Assembly: GCA_963845535.1 (NCBI GenBank)
Contig: CAWJSK010000013.1
Span: 128,001-192,000 of the forward strand
DNA length: 64,000 bases
Direction: 5' to 3'
Source of the DNA: an uncultured Spirochaetota bacterium
Lineage (GTDB): Bacteria; Spirochaetota; Spirochaetia; SZUA-6; Fen-1364
Shown: positions 18,775 to 28,484 of the stretch, in pieces
Numbering within the stretch: the stretch's first letter is position 1
Layout: the number at the start of each line of letters is the position of its first letter
The notes under the pieces: generated by a model
What the model was told of the DNA's origin: nothing
The model's input: the letters and a program-made list of their open reading frames with translations, nothing else
Database searches by the model: none
Translations under genes and position numbers: made by a program

Positions 18775-19625
18775 ACATCCCGATGGAACGCCAGCCCATG
18801 ACTGCCGGGCGCATCATCCGCTCCGTCGTCATCTTCCTGATTGCCGTTGCCTGGCTCGTGCCCACCGTGGGGCTTCTCGTCACGTCGTTTCGGCCTCAAT
18901 CCGACATCGCGGCAAGCGGGTGGTGGCAGATCGTCGTGACGCCGCGCTTCACCACGGACAACTACAATGCCGTTCTCAGCGCGCAGCATTTCTTCAACAA
19001 CTTCATCAACAGCTTCATCATCACCATTCCCGCCACCGTCCTGCCCATCATCATCGGAGCCCTTGCCGCATACGCCTTCGCCTGGATGCGCTTCCGCGGA
19101 AGGAACCTGATCTTCATGATCATTGTGGCGCTCCTTGTGCTGCCTCTCCAGGAGACATGGGTCCCCGTGCTGAAGATGCAGAGCAAGCTCGGCCTTACCC
19201 GGAGCTGGCTGTCCATCTGGCTTGCCCACACCGCATACGGGCTGCCCTTCGCCATCTTCCTGCTTCGAAACTTCTTCTCCGAGCTTCCCAAGGAGCTTTT
19301 CGAAGCGTCGCGCATGGATGGCTATTCCGATCTGGGAGTCTTTGCCAGGATCGTTCTCCCGCTTTCCGTCCCGGCGCTTGCCTCCCTGGGGATCTTCCAG
19401 TTCGTCTGGGTCTGGAACGACCTGATGAACGCCCTGGTGCTGCTCCAGGATCTCCACAAGTTCCCGCTGACGGTGGCCATACAGAACCTGCTCGGTTCGT
19501 ATGGATCGGAGTGGAACCTTCTGGCCTCCGGCGCTTTCATCTCGATGTCGGTCCCGCTGCTTGTATTCTTTTTGCTGCAGCGCTACTTCGTGCAGGGGCT
19601 CACGGCAGGGGCTGTGAAGGGATAA
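18771..19625 (+). CDS. Carbohydrate ABC permease (MalG/AglG-like)
   Basis: ELFEASRMDG, FQFVWVWNDL, QRYFVQGLTAGAVKG. Confidence 0.94.
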   Translation: MNIPMERQPMTAGRIIRSVVIFLIAVAWLVPTVGLLVTSFRPQSDIAASGWWQIVVTPRFTTDNYNAVLSAQHFFNNFINSFIITIPATVLPIIIGALAAYAFAWMRFRGRNLIFMIIVALLVLPLQETWVPVLKMQSKLGLTRSWLSIWLAHTAYGLPFAIFLLRNFFSELPKELFEASRMDGYSDLGVFARIVLPLSVPALASLGIFQFVWVWNDLMNALVLLQDLHKFPLTVAIQNLLGSYGSEWNLLASGAFISMSVPLLVFFLLQRYFVQGLTAGAVKG

Positions 19626-19658
19626 CGGACGCTGCTGGAGACGGAGCGGGTGTCAGGG

Positions 19659-22361
19659 ATGAGGAAACAGCCTCTTCGGATCTTCGTCGTCTTCAAGACG
19701 CATTTCGACATCGGCTTCACGGGCCTGGTGGATGAGGTGCTGGACGGCTACGCGAACGTGATGGTGCCGCAGGCGCTCGACGCGTGCCGGAAGACCGCCG
19801 CAAACGAGCCCGGCCATCGCTACGTCTGGACGCTTCCTGCCTGGCCCCTGGCCTACTGCCTGCGGAAGCTCTCGGGAAGCGCGCTGGGAAAGGAGCTGGA
19901 GAAGAGAGTGCTTGAGGGCGCGGTTGTGTGGCACGCGCTTCCGTTCACGACCCACACGGAGCTTTTTGGACTGGAAGACCTCACCCGCGGGCTGTACATC
20001 GGCCGGTCCATGGGGGAGCGCTTCGGGCGCAAGGCCGTTGCCGCGAAGATGACGGACGTGCCAGGCCACACGTGGATACTGCCGACGCTCCTGTGGGCAG
20101 CCGGCATTCGCTTCCTCCACCTGGGGTGCAACCCTTGCTCCACTCCGCCGGAGGTCCCGCCCCTTTTCCTCTGGGAGGGCCCGGATGGGTCGCGGATCAG
20201 GACGATGTATTCGCGCGGCGGATACGGGACCGGGCTCCTTCCGCCGCTCGACTGGACGCTGCCGGTCTGGCTTGCCCTGCAGCACACGAACGACAACGCC
20301 GGGCCGCAGAGCGCAGAGGTGGTCCAGCAGATCCTCCAATCAGTGCGCGAAAGCTCCCCCGGCGCCAGCGTCGTCTTCGGGACGCTTGATGACTTTGCGC
20401 GGGCGCTGGATGAGCTGAACCCTGACCTTCCCGTGGTTCGCAAGGACCTCGCGGACTCCTGGATCCACGGCGCGGGGACCATGCCTGTCGAGGTCTCGAT
20501 GCTTCGGGAGCTTCAGCACCGCCTTGTCCGGGATGAGAGCGCAATCGCAGTCCGATCCTGGCTGCGCGGAGAGACCGCGCGCTCGAAGGTTCATCGGTCC
20601 CCGAGCGCGAACGCTCATCGGTCCGCCATCGCAGCCGCATACGAGAAGATGCTCCTTTTCGTCGAGCATACCTGGGGCATGGACACGAAGCTGGCGCTCA
20701 ACCCCGAGGAGTTCGGCGGCAGGGTCTATGACAAGAACGCCTTCCAGGCTGTCCGCGCCTCAGGCAGGTACGCGCGCATCCAGAAATCCTGGGCGGACAA
20801 GAAGAAGCTCGTTGCAGAGGCGCAGGAAATCGTGCAGCAGGTGGAAGCGCGTCTCACGGAAGGGGAGCCAGGCCCGGCCACCGGCGCGCCGGCAACCTTT
20901 GAGGTGGTGAACCACCACCTCTGGGAGTGGACGGGGCGACTGAAGCTCGGGAAGCTCGGGACTCACGTGAAGGCGACCATCGTGCAGGATGGGTCGGAAT
21001 TGCCCGTCACGGTGCTCGACAACGAGACGTGGGTGACTCTTCGGCACCTCGCTCCGCTGTCCTTGACGCGCGTGCGCGTGGAGAAAGCGCTGGGTCGCGC
21101 GGCAGCGTCGCGCGCCCGTCCCAAGGGAGCGGACCGTTTCACGGCGCGCGTGCGCGCTTCGGGAGCGCGCCTGACTCTTCAGAACGGCCGGGTCAGCGTA
21201 CGCGTGGATACAGCCGGAGGCGGTGTCGTCGGTCTCATTGATTGCGCCACTGGCCGCGACTGGGTGGACAGGAAAGCCGGCCTCCCTTTCGGGGGGTACC
21301 AGTACGACGTGTACTCGCGCCGGGAGATCGTCGACTACCTGAAAAGCTACGCCTATGACCTCGAGCCGTGGTTCCTCGGCGATTTTGGAAAACCCGGTTA
21401 CCCGGAGGGCCTTCATCGGACTTTCACCGGAACGCTCGCCCATGTGACGCAGGAGAGCGGCGCCGGCTGGGCGCGTCTGCGCCTCCTTTGGAAACAGGAC
21501 CCTGAGAGCGTACGGAGGTTCGGGAACGCGGCGGAGGTCACGCAGAGCGTCACGGTGTTCGATGATGAGCCCTGGGTGGACATGGACTTTTCCCTGGTCG
21601 ACAAAGAGGCGTCTCCGCTCCTGGAGGCGGGGCACGTCGTGCTGCCGCTCCTTTCTGACAGGCCGAAATATGCCATCAACAAGACCGGAAGCGTGGTCGA
21701 TCCTGCCCGAGACATCGAGAAGAACTGCAATCGCCTTCTGTATTGCTGTGAGAGGTGGACGGACGTTTCAGACCGGGGCGGGAGCATGTTGATCATACCC
21801 AGGGACACGCCGCTTTTTTCCATTGGATCACCGGCCATAGAGAGGTTCGACGGAGCTGCCCTTCCCGGCAGGCCCGTTCTCTATTTCAATCTTTTCAACA
21901 CGCAGTGGGGCACCAATTTCCCGCAGTGGCTCGAAGGGAACTTCCGTTCCCGCTTCCGCCTCATCCCGCATGCCGGGAACTGGCGCTCCGCCCGCGCCTG
22001 GGAGCTCGCAGCGGCCGCGCTTCAGCCGCCGTCATGCCTCCCGCAGCCGCGCGCTCAGGCGGAGGATCAGGGGGTGTATGGTCTCCTGGATGGTCCCGCG
22101 CGCGGGCTGGAGACCGTAACGCTGAAAGCCGCTGAGGATGGGAGCGGCATGATTCTGCGCCTGCGCGAACCCAGCGGCCGCGCGGGCGCGCGGACTCTGC
22201 GTTTTCACCATACGCAGTCAGCTCGCAAGCCGCAGGTCATCCGCTGCTCGCTCCTGGAGGAAGAGCAGGAGCCGCTGTCTGTAAAGCTGGAGCGTGGCTC
22301 GGCGGTCGTTGCTTTCTCTGTCCGTCCCTTCGAGGTGCTCACGCTGAAGATGAAGGCCTGA
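19659..22361 (+). CDS. GH38-like / DUF5054-type glycoside hydrolase
   Basis: KTHFDIGFT, WHALPFTTHTE, MTDVPGHTW, DLADSWIHG, EHTWG, GH38-like C-terminus TLKAAEDGSGMILRLRE..PFEVLTL. Confidence 0.8.
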   Translation: MRKQPLRIFVVFKTHFDIGFTGLVDEVLDGYANVMVPQALDACRKTAANEPGHRYVWTLPAWPLAYCLRKLSGSALGKELEKRVLEGAVVWHALPFTTHTELFGLEDLTRGLYIGRSMGERFGRKAVAAKMTDVPGHTWILPTLLWAAGIRFLHLGCNPCSTPPEVPPLFLWEGPDGSRIRTMYSRGGYGTGLLPPLDWTLPVWLALQHTNDNAGPQSAEVVQQILQSVRESSPGASVVFGTLDDFARALDELNPDLPVVRKDLADSWIHGAGTMPVEVSMLRELQHRLVRDESAIAVRSWLRGETARSKVHRSPSANAHRSAIAAAYEKMLLFVEHTWGMDTKLALNPEEFGGRVYDKNAFQAVRASGRYARIQKSWADKKKLVAEAQEIVQQVEARLTEGEPGPATGAPATFEVVNHHLWEWTGRLKLGKLGTHVKATIVQDGSELPVTVLDNETWVTLRHLAPLSLTRVRVEKALGRAAASRARPKGADRFTARVRASGARLTLQNGRVSVRVDTAGGGVVGLIDCATGRDWVDRKAGLPFGGYQYDVYSRREIVDYLKSYAYDLEPWFLGDFGKPGYPEGLHRTFTGTLAHVTQESGAGWARLRLLWKQDPESVRRFGNAAEVTQSVTVFDDEPWVDMDFSLVDKEASPLLEAGHVVLPLLSDRPKYAINKTGSVVDPARDIEKNCNRLLYCCERWTDVSDRGGSMLIIPRDTPLFSIGSPAIERFDGAALPGRPVLYFNLFNTQWGTNFPQWLEGNFRSRFRLIPHAGNWRSARAWELAAAALQPPSCLPQPRAQAEDQGVYGLLDGPARGLETVTLKAAEDGSGMILRLREPSGRAGARTLRFHHTQSARKPQVIRCSLLEEEQEPLSVKLERGSAVVAFSVRPFEVLTLKMKA

Positions 22362-22377
22362 CGGAGATCTGCCCCTC

Positions 22378-23211
22378 CTACATCTTGATGCCGGTCAGCG
22401 TGACCCCTTCCACAAAATAGCGCTGGCCGATGAAGAAGACGATGATCGGAGGCACGATGATGATGACCGTGGCCGCCATCAGATCGTTCCACTGAGTAGC
22501 GAAGGTTCCGATGAAGTGCGTCAGGCCGATTGCAAGCGTGTAGGTGTTGGGGTTATTGAGGTAGATCAGGGGTGAGAAGAAATCGTTCCACTGGAAGAAA
22601 AACTGGAAAAGGCCCACGGCAATGAGGGCGGGCTGGATGAACGGGAGCAGGATCTGGCGGAAGATGCGGAAATACGTTGCCCCGTCCATGCGCGCCGCGT
22701 CGTCGAAGTCTTTCGGCACGGTCATGAAGAACTGCCGCAGGAGAAAAACGTTGAACGCGCCGCCGCCGAACCAGTATGGGACGATGAGAGGCAGGAACGT
22801 GTTCACCAGATGAAGCCGCGTCCAGAGGATGAACTGCGGGATCAAAACGACGGCAGGCGGAATGATGATGGCGCCCACCACGAGCGAGAACCAGAATCCG
22901 CGAAGCGGAAAACGGAACCTGGCCAGGCCGTACGCGGAAAGGCTCGAGGTCACCAGGGAGGCAAGCACCGTGGGGACGACGATGATCATGGTGTTCCTGA
23001 AGTACAGAAGGAACGGGACCGTCGTCATGGCGTTTGCGTAGTTGTCCCAGCGCATGCGGCTCGGCCACACGAGAGGCGGAAACTTGAATGTGTCCGCGAG
23101 GGTCATCAAGGAGCTTCGCGCGAGCCAGAAGATCGGGATGAGGCAGACCACGGCGCCCACGGTGAGAATGAAGTAGAGCAGCGCGTTCGGCACAGCCCGG
23201 GCCATTCTCAT
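22378..23211 (-). CDS. Carbohydrate ABC permease (MalG-like)
   Basis: FLLRQFF, DDAARMDGA, WNDFFSPLIYL, QRYFVEGV; start ATG 23211. Confidence 0.93.
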   Translation of the reverse strand: MRMARAVPNALLYFILTVGAVVCLIPIFWLARSSLMTLADTFKFPPLVWPSRMRWDNYANAMTTVPFLLYFRNTMIIVVPTVLASLVTSSLSAYGLARFRFPLRGFWFSLVVGAIIIPPAVVLIPQFILWTRLHLVNTFLPLIVPYWFGGGAFNVFLLRQFFMTVPKDFDDAARMDGATYFRIFRQILLPFIQPALIAVGLFQFFFQWNDFFSPLIYLNNPNTYTLAIGLTHFIGTFATQWNDLMAATVIIIVPPIIVFFIGQRYFVEGVTLTGIKM

Positions 23212-24098
23212 GAAGTCTCTCCCCCATAGTACACCCAGCGCCGCGACCAGCGGAAAAGGAGCAGGCCCAGGAGGGAGACGACCAGGAAAAGGACGAGTGA
23301 CAAGGCCGCGGCGCCGCCCATGTTGTCCCGCTGGAAACCTTCGCGGTATATGAGGTACACGTAGAAGAGGCTTGCGTTGTTCGGGCCGCCCCCCGTCATG
23401 ACGTAGATTTGCGTGAAGACCTGGAACGAATTGATCAGCCCCACGACGAGGTTGAAGAACGTCACCGGCGAGATCATGGGCCACGTGATGGCCCAGAACT
23501 TGTGAAACCAGTTTCCGCCGTCTATTTCCACCGCCTCCAGGAGCTGCCGCGGAACGCCTTGAAGCGCGGCCAGGAAGATCACGATGGTGTTGCCCGCCCC
23601 TCCCCAGACGGACATGAGCACGAGGGAAGGCACCACGGTGGTCTGGCCGACGAGCCACAGGGATTTGCGGATCCCGAAGGCGTGCAGGAGATCATTGAAG
23701 AGGCCGAAGTCAGGATTGTACAGCCAGAGCCAGAGAATGCTGCTTGCGACGACCGGCAGGATGGAGGGAAGATAAAAGACGGCCCGGTAGATCCCGCGTC
23801 CGCGGATCTTCTGGTTCAGGAGCATTGCAAGGACAAGGGAGTAGAGGATCGTCAGCGTCACATTGAGGATGACGAAATACGTGGTGACGGCGAGTGAGCC
23901 GCGGAAGAAAAGGTCCGTGGTGAACAGGCGAACGTAGTTGAGAAGCCCGATCAGGCGGGGCGGGGTGAGGACGTTCCAGTCGGTGAAGCTGATGAGGAGG
24001 CTCCCGATCATGGGTCCGATCACCCAGATCAGGAGCCCGAGGATCACCGGAGAGGCGAACAGATACCCCGCGATTGCTTCCCGGGAAGGAGCTCTCAC
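23208..24098 (-). CDS. Carbohydrate ABC permease (MalF-like)
   Basis: YRAVFYLPS, EAVEIDGG, SFQVFTQIYVMTGGGPNNAS. Confidence 0.93.
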   Translation of the reverse strand: MRAPSREAIAGYLFASPVILGLLIWVIGPMIGSLLISFTDWNVLTPPRLIGLLNYVRLFTTDLFFRGSLAVTTYFVILNVTLTILYSLVLAMLLNQKIRGRGIYRAVFYLPSILPVVASSILWLWLYNPDFGLFNDLLHAFGIRKSLWLVGQTTVVPSLVLMSVWGGAGNTIVIFLAALQGVPRQLLEAVEIDGGNWFHKFWAITWPMISPVTFFNLVVGLINSFQVFTQIYVMTGGGPNNASLFYVYLIYREGFQRDNMGGAAALSLVLFLVVSLLGLLLFRWSRRWVYYGGETS

Positions 24099-25444
24099 TT
24101 TCCCTGGAAGATGGGGGTTATCTTGGGCATGATCTCGTTGTTGATCACGTCCGCTGCCGTCTTCTGGCCCAGCCAGACCTGCTGGAGCGCCGCCTCGATC
24201 ACGTCATCCATTTTCGCAAAGGTCGGCACGTAGTACTGGGGAAGCCGATGCGAATAGTTCAGCGCGAAGTCGACCACCGCCGCCCTGTACTCGGGCGGGT
24301 GCACCGGGTTGTCGACCCACTGGGAGACCAGCTTCGGATCCGAATACCACCGCTTTTCGTTGGGAAGCCAGAGGCCGTTCTTCAAGAGCGGGAGAGCGTT
24401 CTCAGGGCTCATGACGTACTTCAGAAGCTGGAGGGCCTCGGGGACGTGCTTCGAGCTCTTGTAGACGACAATGGGCGTGCCGACGGAGGAGGTGGCGAGG
24501 TTCTTCATGTAGGGCAGGACGCCCACGCCGAAGTCCAGGCCCTGCTGCTGCTTTGTGATCCCCAGCGTGAGCAGGTCCCACGTGCCGTCCACGACCATGG
24601 CCACCTGCTGGCTGAGCAGCGCTGTTGCCGCCGCGGTGGGCATCTGCTGCGTGCCGGGCGCGGGGCTCACGTGGTCCACCGTCACAAGGTCGGCCATTTT
24701 CTGGATTGCGTCGATGGTGGCAGGGTCGTCCATGATCAGCTTCGTCCCGTCCGCGTTCACGAGCCCGCCGCCGTTGCTGATTGCGAACGTGAGCCACGGC
24801 ATCCACCAGTTCTGGACCCACGTCCCGAACTGGTGGACGTTCTGCGGATCAAAGCCGGCGTCATTCGGAGTCTTGCCGTTCGCGTCCTTGGTGAGCTGCT
24901 TGGCCACCTGCACGAACTTGTCCCAGCTCCATGCCTTGCTCGCGTCCGCAGGCGGGTAGGGAAGCCCTGCCGCGTCGAACATCTTCTTGCTGTACCAGAT
25001 CACCTGGATTTCATTCGCCACGCTGATTCCGACGATCTTGCCGTCCGGGGTGACGAACTTGATGGCGTCCAGCTTCGCGGGCTGGCTCTTGTAGAAATCA
25101 GTGAGGTCCACGAACTTCCCGTTCATCCCCCACGTCAGCACGTTGGGCTCGTAGAAGTACCCGAGGTCCGGCAGCGTGTTGCTCGCGGCCAGCGTCGTTA
25201 CCTTGGTGTTGAAATCCGTGTTCGAGCCGAAGTTGAGGGGCTCGATCTTCACGTTGGGGTGCTTTTGCATGTAACTGTTCAGATACGCGTTTGTGGCGTT
25301 GATCTCGTTCTGGTCCCCCCAGAACGCATACTGAAGCGTCACCGGACCTGTGGATTCAGCCTGCCCGCCCGCAGCTGCCGGGAGTACCCCGAGCAGCATG
25401 AGTGCCGCGGAACATGCCACGACCATGAGCGCTCGCTTGGCCAT
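24095..25444 (-). CDS. Sugar ABC substrate-binding protein (family 1)
   Basis: AAGGAGG RBS, signal peptide followed by AGGQAE, YAFWG, LPDLGY, WYSKKMFDAAGL, WSWDKF; start ATG 25444. Confidence 0.92.
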   Translation of the reverse strand: MAKRALMVVACSAALMLLGVLPAAAGGQAESTGPVTLQYAFWGDQNEINATNAYLNSYMQKHPNVKIEPLNFGSNTDFNTKVTTLAASNTLPDLGYFYEPNVLTWGMNGKFVDLTDFYKSQPAKLDAIKFVTPDGKIVGISVANEIQVIWYSKKMFDAAGLPYPPADASKAWSWDKFVQVAKQLTKDANGKTPNDAGFDPQNVHQFGTWVQNWWMPWLTFAISNGGGLVNADGTKLIMDDPATIDAIQKMADLVTVDHVSPAPGTQQMPTAAATALLSQQVAMVVDGTWDLLTLGITKQQQGLDFGVGVLPYMKNLATSSVGTPIVVYKSSKHVPEALQLLKYVMSPENALPLLKNGLWLPNEKRWYSDPKLVSQWVDNPVHPPEYRAAVVDFALNYSHRLPQYYVPTFAKMDDVIEAALQQVWLGQKTAADVINNEIMPKITPIFQGK

Positions 25445-25607
25445 AGGCAATCCTCCTTCGAACATCGACGTAAGATGAAAGTCGTCCCGGGCACCGCCCG
25501 GTTGGTAGGGATGGAACAGGACAAGATGGGGCGAATACCGACTTGCCCGTCGCCATATTGAACAGGACGCCGCATTCGTGCACGGTCTGCGTGGAAGGAG
25601 AGAGGAA

Positions 25608-25985
25608 GTGTTTCGAAAAATCGAGGCGATCATCAGGGAAGAGGCGCTGGATGACGTGCGGGAAGCGCTCTCGGAGGTCGGGATCGTCGGCATGAACGTT
25701 TTCGAGATCCGCGGTCACGGGAGACTGGGCAGCCAGGAGCACTCCTGGCGCTACACCTACCTCCACAAGGACATGCTGCCGAAGATCCAGCTCAACATCA
25801 TCCTGAGTGAGCGCAACGTCGAGCCAACCGTCCAGGCCATCATGAAGGCCGCTCGCACCGGCCGGGAGGGGGACGGCATCATCTTCATCTACCCGGTGGA
25901 GGACGTCGTTCGGGTGCGCACCGGCGAACGGGGCGGAGAAGCGTTGTCCTACCCGGGAGACATCGACTCGAGGCGGCAGAAATAA
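25608..25985 (+). CDS. P-II family signal transduction protein (GlnB/GlnK-like, divergent T- and B-loops)
   Basis: KIEAIIR..DVREAL..GIVGM..RGHGR..LPK..AARTG..GDG..VRVRTGE; GTG start at 25608. Confidence 0.92.
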   Translation: MFRKIEAIIREEALDDVREALSEVGIVGMNVFEIRGHGRLGSQEHSWRYTYLHKDMLPKIQLNIILSERNVEPTVQAIMKAARTGREGDGIIFIYPVEDVVRVRTGERGGEALSYPGDIDSRRQK

Positions 25986-25998
25986 GGGGAGGCGCAAG

Positions 25999-27027
25999 GT
26001 GAAAACCGCCGCGCTTGCCCTCATCGTCTCCCTGCTTGTAAGCTGCGCGTCGCAGCTGGGATACCTCGTCAAGCAGGGAGACTACCTCCTTCGATACTCG
26101 AGCGGCACCGAGAGCGTGGACGACCTTCTGAAATCCCCGAGCACGCCGGCGGACACGCGCGAGTTCCTGCAAAGAGTCAAGGAGATCAGGACGTTCGCCG
26201 TGGAGTCCATTGGGCTTCGGGACAACGGCAACTACACGAGATACAAGAGCATCGACCGCGACTATCTCGTCGACGTGGTCCAGGCGTGTGACGCACTGTC
26301 CTTCACTCCATACCAGTGGAGCTACCCTTTCATGGGCAAGCTCCCGTACAAGGGGTTCTACGAGCGCCCTGACGCGCTGGCGGAGGCAGGCAGGCTGAAA
26401 AAAGAAGGGTATGACGTGATTGTCCGGAAGGTGGATGCCTTCAGCACCCTGGGCTTCACGAAAGACCCCGTGTACTCGTTCATGAAGAAATACTCGCCAT
26501 ACGAGCTGGCAAGCACGATCATTCACGAGCAGACTCACGCCACGCTGTGGGTGAAAGGCCAGACGGACTTCAACGAGGAGCTTGCGGATTTCGTGGGAGA
26601 AACCGGCGCGCTCGAATGGATTGCCGCGCGCTTTGGACCGGCCTCCGAGGAATACCGCTCTGCCGTTGATGAGAAGGCGGACTCCGAGACTTTTATCGCG
26701 CAACTGAAATCCCTGCGTGAGGCGCTTGCGGACGTATATGAATCTCCTCTCCCTCGGGCGTACAAGCTCGAGCGAAAAGACCAGCTCATCAGCGTCTTCA
26801 AGAAGAGGCTTTCGGAGAATGCCGACCGCCTGTTTCGATCCCCGGACTACCGGAAGATCGGCGACCTCCCCATCAATAACGCTTACATTTCCCTCTACAG
26901 CCTGTATACGGATGACGTGCCGCTTCTTCGTTCCTGGTATGAGACGCACTGCGGCAGCGACTTGAAGACCTTCATGCTCTCCATGGAGAAGCTCGCGAAA
27001 AACGGGGACGTGAAGAAGCAGATCTAG
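25999..27027 (+). CDS. Putative zinc aminopeptidase lipoprotein (DUF2265/COG4324-like)
   Basis: Lipobox-like LLVSC, W.YP..G..PYKGF, AFSTLG, HEQTH + FNEELA. Confidence 0.8.
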   Translation: MKTAALALIVSLLVSCASQLGYLVKQGDYLLRYSSGTESVDDLLKSPSTPADTREFLQRVKEIRTFAVESIGLRDNGNYTRYKSIDRDYLVDVVQACDALSFTPYQWSYPFMGKLPYKGFYERPDALAEAGRLKKEGYDVIVRKVDAFSTLGFTKDPVYSFMKKYSPYELASTIIHEQTHATLWVKGQTDFNEELADFVGETGALEWIAARFGPASEEYRSAVDEKADSETFIAQLKSLREALADVYESPLPRAYKLERKDQLISVFKKRLSENADRLFRSPDYRKIGDLPINNAYISLYSLYTDDVPLLRSWYETHCGSDLKTFMLSMEKLAKNGDVKKQI

Positions 27028-27077
27028 CGCGGAGTTGACTTTGGCGTTGCCCGTTCCCATTATTACCGCAAGAAGGC

Positions 27078-28454
27078 ATGAAGAATCACCAGAGGAAATA
27101 CTCTCTCGAGCCTCGTGATGTGCCGCGCGTGGAGACGCCGAACAGGCGTATCGTGACAAAGCTTCCCGTCCCGGAGTCACTTCCCATCCTCGAGGCGCTG
27201 GAACGGTTCGAGCCTTCCTCCATGCAAGGCCAGCCTCCCCTTGTCATCGACCATGCGCAGGGATGGAGCGTCTATGACGCGTGGGGGAACAAGTGGCTGG
27301 ACTGGTCCTCCGGGGTGCTCATCTCCAACGTCGGCAACGGGCATCCCGAGGTCGTGAGCGCCCTCAAGGAGATGGTGGAGCGTCCCCTCCTCAGCACGTA
27401 CGTCTTTGCCCATGAGAGACGGGCCGAGCTGGTCGAGTTGCTGGCCGGCCTGGCCCCGTCCAAGGGCTACAAGGTCTTCCTGCTCACCACCGGCTCTGAA
27501 GCAACCGAGAACTGCATCAAGCTCGCCCGCACCTGGGGGCTCGAGCGGCACGGCCCCGAGCGGCGGGTCCTCGTCTCATTCGAGAACGCGTTCCACGGAA
27601 GGACCATGGGCGCGCAGCTTGCGGGCGGCAACGAGTCGCAAAAGAAATGGCTCGGGCGCCTGGATGACTCGTTCATCCAGGTCCCGTTCCCTGACGGATA
27701 CGCCAACCACGACCTTCGCTTCGATCTGTTCGTGGAGACCCTCGAGCGCAAGGGGGTGAAACCTTCCCAGGTCTGCGCGGTCATGACGGAGAGCTTCCAG
27801 GGGGTGGGGCCGGATTTCTTCCCGCACGGGTACGCGCGAAACCTCGAATCCTGGTGTCGGGAGAATGACGCTCTCCTGATCGTGGATGAAGTGCAAGCCG
27901 GCTTCGGCCGCACGGGAAAGTGGTTCGCCTTCGAGCACTATGGAATCACCCCGGACCTGATTGCCTGCGGGAAAGGCATCTCGGGGTCGCTCCCTCTCTC
28001 TGCGGTGATTGGCAGGGCGGAGGTCATGGAGCTGTATCCGCCCGGCTCCATGACCTCCACGCACTCGGGCTCGCCGCTCCCGGTCGCCGCGGCGGTGGCA
28101 AGCGTGAAAGCCCTCCAGCGCGGCGGGTATCTCCAGAATGCCCGGGAGCTGGACCCCGTTCTCCGTGATGGCCTTGAACGTATTTCAGCGCGCCATCCGG
28201 ATTCCGTGGGCAGCGTCCGAAGCCTGGGCCTGGTGGGCGGGGTGAGGCTGGTGAAGAGGGGCGCGCGTCAGCCTGACCCCCTTGCCGCCCTTGCCGTGAA
28301 CACGGCGTGCTTCCACAAGGGGCTTCTCATGTTCGCGCCGGTGGGGGCGTCCGGGGAATGCATCAAGATAGCGCCGGCTCTGGATATCTCGAAGGACGCG
28401 CTTGCTGAAGGACTTACCGTCCTTGGTGAGGCAATGGACGAGGCCCTCGCGTGA
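27078..28454 (+). CDS. Class III PLP-dependent aminotransferase
   Basis: LDWSSG, TTGSEATE, AFHGRT, DEVQAGFGRTG, PDLIACGKG (catalytic Lys present), STHSG. Confidence 0.92.
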   Translation: MKNHQRKYSLEPRDVPRVETPNRRIVTKLPVPESLPILEALERFEPSSMQGQPPLVIDHAQGWSVYDAWGNKWLDWSSGVLISNVGNGHPEVVSALKEMVERPLLSTYVFAHERRAELVELLAGLAPSKGYKVFLLTTGSEATENCIKLARTWGLERHGPERRVLVSFENAFHGRTMGAQLAGGNESQKKWLGRLDDSFIQVPFPDGYANHDLRFDLFVETLERKGVKPSQVCAVMTESFQGVGPDFFPHGYARNLESWCRENDALLIVDEVQAGFGRTGKWFAFEHYGITPDLIACGKGISGSLPLSAVIGRAEVMELYPPGSMTSTHSGSPLPVAAAVASVKALQRGGYLQNARELDPVLRDGLERISARHPDSVGSVRSLGLVGGVRLVKRGARQPDPLAALAVNTACFHKGLLMFAPVGASGECIKIAPALDISKDALAEGLTVLGEAMDEALA

Positions 28455-28484
28455 GCGAGGCCTTTGTATGAGCGAGGCGCTTGC

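Noticed and set aside
25514..25568. GAACAGGAC direct repeat in the SBP/P-II divergent region
   Set aside because: Two 9-mers 46 bp apart; could be a binding site but cannot be told from chance.
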